From contig MRSU01000808.1 of NCBI GenBank assembly GCA_008369845.1, positions 62,001 through 84,685 on the forward strand: DNA of 22,685 bases, in the 5' to 3' direction. The stretch is from Trichomonas gallinae (lineage: Eukaryota). A model generated the notes under the pieces. That model was not told the origin of the DNA and searched no databases. It saw only the letters and a list, made by a program, of their open reading frames with translations. Shown here piece after piece: positions 18,377 through 22,685 of the stretch. The number at the start of each line of letters is the position of its first letter. The first letter of the stretch is position 1. The translations under genes and the position numbers were made by a program.

Positions 18377-19840
18377 TCGACCGATAAAAGTGATATTTTT
18401 TACTCTAATATTTCTGTTACCTTTGAATATGAAGATGAAAACCAACAAATATTATCTTCAATCAGCACAACTTCAACAGTCGAGTTTCCATCAAATATTG
18501 TTCGAATTAAAGACGCAACATATTCCAACAATAACTTATCACAACCTCTTGGTAATTGCCGACTTACATTACAAAACGTAACTTTTGCAGCTAATGCAAA
18601 AATTGCTGATCTTGGTATTGCTACTTTTCAGAATTTTGCAAAACTATCCATTGTTGATTTGAGCAATTGCAACTTATTAGAATCCATAAATTATAACTGT
18701 TTTGCATATTCCAGTCTTAAAACAATATTATTGCCTATGAATGGAATACTAAAAATTTTTCGATCTGGATCTTTTGCCTCTTCTCAAATAGAATCTATCG
18801 ATATACCTAGATCATTAACAAGTATTGAAGGGTATAATACAAGTATAAATGCTGGTACTTTCACTCTATGCGAAAAATTAACGAATATACATATAGATGA
18901 AAATAGTAGATTGCAATATGTTGGATGGTCTTTTGCTCAAGGATCATCTTTAAAGTCATTTTATATACCAGAATTTTGCGGGATAGATACCGGAGCATTA
19001 AACTCAATTATGACAATGACAAGTATAACTTTACATCCAAATAATACAAAATATAAATTATACAAAGGATTATTATATACCTATAACTATTCGCAGTTAG
19101 TTCAATGCCCATGTGGTTATCCTGAAGTTATTGAATTTCATCCAGATTGTCGAACTTTATTATTTAATAGCTTGAGAAGTTATGTACCAAATATTCTTTT
19201 CATACCTGCTTATATCACTGAAATTGCTATTGGAAGTTTATATCAAAGTATATGCCCACAAATTATCATAGAAGATTCCCCCGCAAGAAGTGAATTCCCA
19301 GGTGGCTTCTTTGGTATTACTTCCGAGATTATTTTACCAAAATCATTAAAAGTTGCAAAATCTATGAGTTTCGATCATTATTATGGAAAGTATATTGAGT
19401 TTTATTCGAAATTGCAGATAATAGAATCAAATGCTTTTGTTGATTGTCTATTCCTTGAATATATTAAGTTCAATACTATCGATCAGAATTTAATAATCAA
19501 GAGAAATGCATTCAATAGATGCCCGAAACTCAAAATGATTATTCTGCCTGCTACAAGTGCCGCCTTGATATCTTTTGTATCAAATGCATTTTTTGACTGC
19601 CCAATGATGAGAAAAATAAGTTATTACTGGCCTCTATCTTCAATACCAAGTCATTTTAATAACGGAAGAAAAAATAATATTAGTGATGTGACTATTTTTT
19701 CATTTGATAACTCGACATGCGGAAAAATAGATATATCAGTAAATTCTGCTGATCATTGCAAAATTTACAAACATTGCTCAAATGAGATGCATTATTCTTC
19801 CATGAATATTTTCCAATTAACTCCTTTCATCAGTCTTTGA
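18371..19840 (+). CDS. BspA-like leucine-rich-repeat (TpLRR/LRR_5) surface protein
   Basis: TpLRR-type repeats include IESIDIPRSLTSI..GTFTLCEKL, LQIIESNAFVDCLFL, IIKRNAFNRCPKLKMIILP and FVSNAFFDCPMM. The BspA-type linker NNTKYKLYKGLLYTYNYSQLVQCP is present. The first in-frame ATG is at 18371 (the ORF-track start at 18332 is TTG), so the start is uncertain. Confidence 0.88.
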   Translation: MSSTDKSDIFYSNISVTFEYEDENQQILSSISTTSTVEFPSNIVRIKDATYSNNNLSQPLGNCRLTLQNVTFAANAKIADLGIATFQNFAKLSIVDLSNCNLLESINYNCFAYSSLKTILLPMNGILKIFRSGSFASSQIESIDIPRSLTSIEGYNTSINAGTFTLCEKLTNIHIDENSRLQYVGWSFAQGSSLKSFYIPEFCGIDTGALNSIMTMTSITLHPNNTKYKLYKGLLYTYNYSQLVQCPCGYPEVIEFHPDCRTLLFNSLRSYVPNILFIPAYITEIAIGSLYQSICPQIIIEDSPARSEFPGGFFGITSEIILPKSLKVAKSMSFDHYYGKYIEFYSKLQIIESNAFVDCLFLEYIKFNTIDQNLIIKRNAFNRCPKLKMIILPATSAALISFVSNAFFDCPMMRKISYYWPLSSIPSHFNNGRKNNISDVTIFSFDNSTCGKIDISVNSADHCKIYKHCSNEMHYSSMNIFQLTPFISL

Positions 19841-20089
19841 ATAAAAAAATCGAAGTAGATTTTTTTTGACAAAAAAACTCAAATTTTAATCACTTAGAAT
19901 TTTGCATATAATGTGCATATATAGTAAGTATATTAAATATCAGATTAGGTAGATTCATTTTTAATCAAATCACATAAGAATATATATGTTAATTTATAAA
20001 AAGAATTTATCAAATACTGAGGCAATAATTAAAGCAATTGAATTGAAAATACTATTTTGAACTATTTCATTTTTATTTATACAATCATT

Positions 20090-20638
20090 TTATTCAACAA
20101 AGAACAAACCAAACAAGTTTCTCAGCGCAAATTGTATCGGACGGCATGTTTCTGGAAATGCATCAAGGATAACTGCATTAAAACAGTATCAACAACAACA
20201 TTGAATATGAGTTTTGTCCTACTTCATTTGTGCTTAAACTGCCAGTTCCACTGAAAAAAGTATTGTTGTATAAGTATTTGTCATTGAGACATCTTTTAAT
20301 GTTATGTTTCCGCTATGCATTGTAATAAATAAAGCATATACTTTATTGTTAGAAAACTATGTGTTCTGCACTATACCATCGCAGTTCTCATAAACAATAT
20401 AATATCATCTGTCGTATTAGTTTGTGATGTACATTCGTAAATTTCAGTTATAAATCAGGATTCATGAATATTGATGTTGTAACATCCCAAAATTCATCTC
20501 AATTAACAAAATTACTTAACGATGAGAAAAATATTCGGAATAATTTCTTCTATTTATTAAATAAGTTTGGTAAGACCCATAGTAGCTTTCCCATATAGAT
20601 TTGTCCTTATGCAATTGTAAAAAAGGATAAAGAAGCAT
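20090..20638 (-). pseudogene. Internally deleted, frameshifted tandem paralog of the 20711-21715 gene
   Basis: It begins MLLYPFLQLHKDKSIWESYYGSYQTYLINRRNYS (intact gene: MAQLLYPFLQLHSDKSIWESYYGPSQTYLIDRRNYS). It ends NAVILDAFPETCRPIQFALRNLFGLFFVE* (intact gene: NAVIPEAFPPTCLPKKFDLRNLLGLFFVS*). There is a premature TAA at 20518-20516, several frameshifts, and ~430 bp missing. Confidence 0.93.
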
Positions 20639-20710
20639 CGAGATTTTGTTTGAAATCATATGATTATTTTGCGAGTTTTTAATTATCAGATTAGATATAG
20701 AATTAGAACT

Positions 20711-21715
20711 TTATGAAACGAAGAACAAACCTAAAAGGTTTCGTAAATCAAATTTCTTTGGCAAACATGTAGGAGGAAATGCTTCAGGAATAACAGCATT
20801 ACATACAGTATCTATCACTACATACATAGAGAAAGAATTTGTTCCAACACTAGAACTATACAAATCACCATCACCACTTATTACAAGTAATGTTGTATAA
20901 GTATTTGTCATAGATACATCTTTCAAATATATGTATCCATTATTGGAAGTTATAAACAATGAATATACATTATTATTTGCAAAAGATGTATTTTGGATAG
21001 TTCCAACACTGCCTTCATAAACAATATACAAACAATCTGTAGGCGCAATCATAGAATTATTTGTAATTGAACAATATTCCATAACGAAGTTAATGTTATA
21101 ATGAACAAACTGCCTTAAATTGTAACCAATGTTTGAGTTCATGTTAGAATAAGAAAAAGTTGGATTATCTTTCAATGAAATAAGAACATAGCATGTTTGT
21201 TGTATACAGTTATTTTGAGAAAAATTTAAACCATGAGGCGAGCAAACACCATTTTTAACTCTCATTGCACAAGTCGCTTCACCTGTTCCATAGTTTCCTA
21301 TATATGTGCATTGATCTACAATATTCTTGTTTGAAGAGCCGGAAGGAACACTTGAATATGAAGCTTGGCCTCCATAAGTTTTGTTTCCTGCTGAACACTG
21401 CATGAAACAAGACTTTCTTAAAACACATTCACCATTTGTTATATATAGCAAGGCTCCTGCTGAATTTACTTGTGTTTGGCATTGATGGAACCTTAAATCA
21501 GAAGCAAGTAATTTTAGGTCTAAGTTGGCATTCATATATATTGGTGTTGGCACACTCCAAAATTCAACCCTGAAGATGAAGTAACTTGATAAAGTAAAGA
21601 AGTTTTGCGAATAATTTCTTCGATCGATTAAGTATGTTTGTGAAGGTCCATAATAGCTTTCCCATATAGATTTATCACTATGCAGTTGTAAAAATGGATA
21701 AAGAAGCTGTGCCAT
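20711..21715 (-). CDS. Cys/Asn/Ser-rich putative surface protein, possibly beta-helix (Pmp/pectin-lyase-like) fold
   Basis: 334-aa ORF with recurring FxxC/FxxN and AGA/GG motifs (RFHQC, AGALLY, CFMQC, NFSQNNC, SFANN), a short hydrophobic C-tail, an upstream Inr and an adjacent paralogous pseudogene. The fold assignment is inference. Confidence 0.88.
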   Translation of the reverse strand: MAQLLYPFLQLHSDKSIWESYYGPSQTYLIDRRNYSQNFFTLSSYFIFRVEFWSVPTPIYMNANLDLKLLASDLRFHQCQTQVNSAGALLYITNGECVLRKSCFMQCSAGNKTYGGQASYSSVPSGSSNKNIVDQCTYIGNYGTGEATCAMRVKNGVCSPHGLNFSQNNCIQQTCYVLISLKDNPTFSYSNMNSNIGYNLRQFVHYNINFVMEYCSITNNSMIAPTDCLYIVYEGSVGTIQNTSFANNNVYSLFITSNNGYIYLKDVSMTNTYTTLLVISGDGDLYSSSVGTNSFSMYVVIDTVCNAVIPEAFPPTCLPKKFDLRNLLGLFFVS

Positions 21716-21731
21716 GAAGTTTTACTTCGAT

Positions 21732-21738
21732 AAAATGA
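21732..21738 (-). promoter_or_regulatory. Inr-like element of the 334-aa gene
   Basis: Minus-strand TCATTTT 17-23 nt upstream of the ATG at 21715. Confidence 0.7.
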
Positions 21739-22148
21739 ACTAAAGCAGATGTTGTTCTTTCAACTCTCAAAAAATCCAAAGTTTGAGAGTTGAATTGAAA
21801 GTGTTTTCTGATATGCTAAGGCTTAATTTTTTACGTGCAAAATATAGTTAATATTCACCTAATGGCTGTTTTGTTCGATCCTTATTTTCAGTGACTGTCA
21901 AATCCTTTGTCAGATTTTTAAACAATAAGAAAAATTTAATCTTATAATATCAACTTAAAATCTCAGTCAAATTATAAAAATAAGTTTTGAACTCTTTTTG
22001 TTTCAAATATTTCTAATGAATACAAGCAATGGTATTTCGGATGCCCTATCAACACACTACAATATTATTTGTAATAAGAGTTTTTTTTTTTCAAATTCAT
22101 TTTTACGATCATTTGAACGAAGTACGGATAATTTTAAGAATATTATAC

Positions 22149-22161
22149 ATATATATATATA
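22149..22161. repeat. (AT)n microsatellite
   Basis: ATATATATATATA run. Confidence 0.7.
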
Positions 22162-22685
22162 CATGTCGAAATGGCGCTAGAATTTAGGCGCCATATGGTT
22201 TGCCGGCGCCAATGGTGGAACAATAACGATATTCTTAACATAGTTGATATTTTCACCCTTTACAAAAAAAATTTCAGATTTGATTTGGAAGTAACATATC
22301 AATTTTTCTGATATTTTGCATTGTTATATATATATTATAAGCAAATGTTACCATATCAGAGTGAAATAATAAATCAAACATAATGAAGGACAGAACCTGT
22401 GGAATAGCGTTAATATAGAACAGATGTATATTCATCCGAAATATTATAATTTAATTATTCGAGTATTTTACGATTTTGAATGATCTTTTGTTGAATTACT
22501 TAATTGTTCACAGAAATAGAGGTGTACCAATGACGATAGAAATGACGCTAAAATCATAACGGTCCTAGAACTGAAGTCTTTTTAGAGCACAGAAATGCTT
22601 TAAGACCGCATTCTTGTGACCAATATATGAATCACTCCTGTGTGCATCGACTAGCTATCAGTGTTGGCTAATGATTAATTGCGCA

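Noticed and set aside
1905..21715. Cyclases, kinase and BspA read as one functional signalling cluster
   Set aside because: All belong to highly expanded trichomonad families, so adjacency alone is not evidence. Only the shared upstream motif hints at co-regulation.
22556..22567. ATAACGGTCCTA, matching part of bacterial 23S rRNA helix 69 / the I-CeuI site
   Set aside because: Only 12 nt match and the flanks are not rRNA-like, so coincidence is most likely.

Overview
AT-rich eukaryotic DNA with no recognisable introns, very likely from Trichomonas vaginalis or a close trichomonad. This assignment is inferred from the gene families and from Inr/M5-type core promoter motifs. Six intact genes are present: two tandem ~1,545-aa transmembrane PAS-adenylate/guanylate cyclase paralogs (1905-6554, 8158-12792), a 413-aa hypothetical gene (-), a CAMK-group Ser/Thr kinase, a BspA-like (TpLRR) surface protein and a 334-aa Cys/Asn-rich putative surface protein (-). 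The intergenic DNA holds decayed gene copies: a clear internally deleted pseudogene of the 334-aa gene, plus weaker ankyrin-repeat and BspA-like remnants. It also holds a TTTATTTGTCAAA minisatellite, a 32-bp palindrome and an 85-nt hairpin. I found no clearly new biological system. The best leads are a catalytic Arg-to-Glu change in both cyclases, a sharply bounded gene-conversion-like tract at their 3' ends, a TCGATTTTT element shared upstream of three signalling genes, and Cys-plus-hydrophobic C-terminal tails on the surface proteins. All alignments and counts were done by eye.
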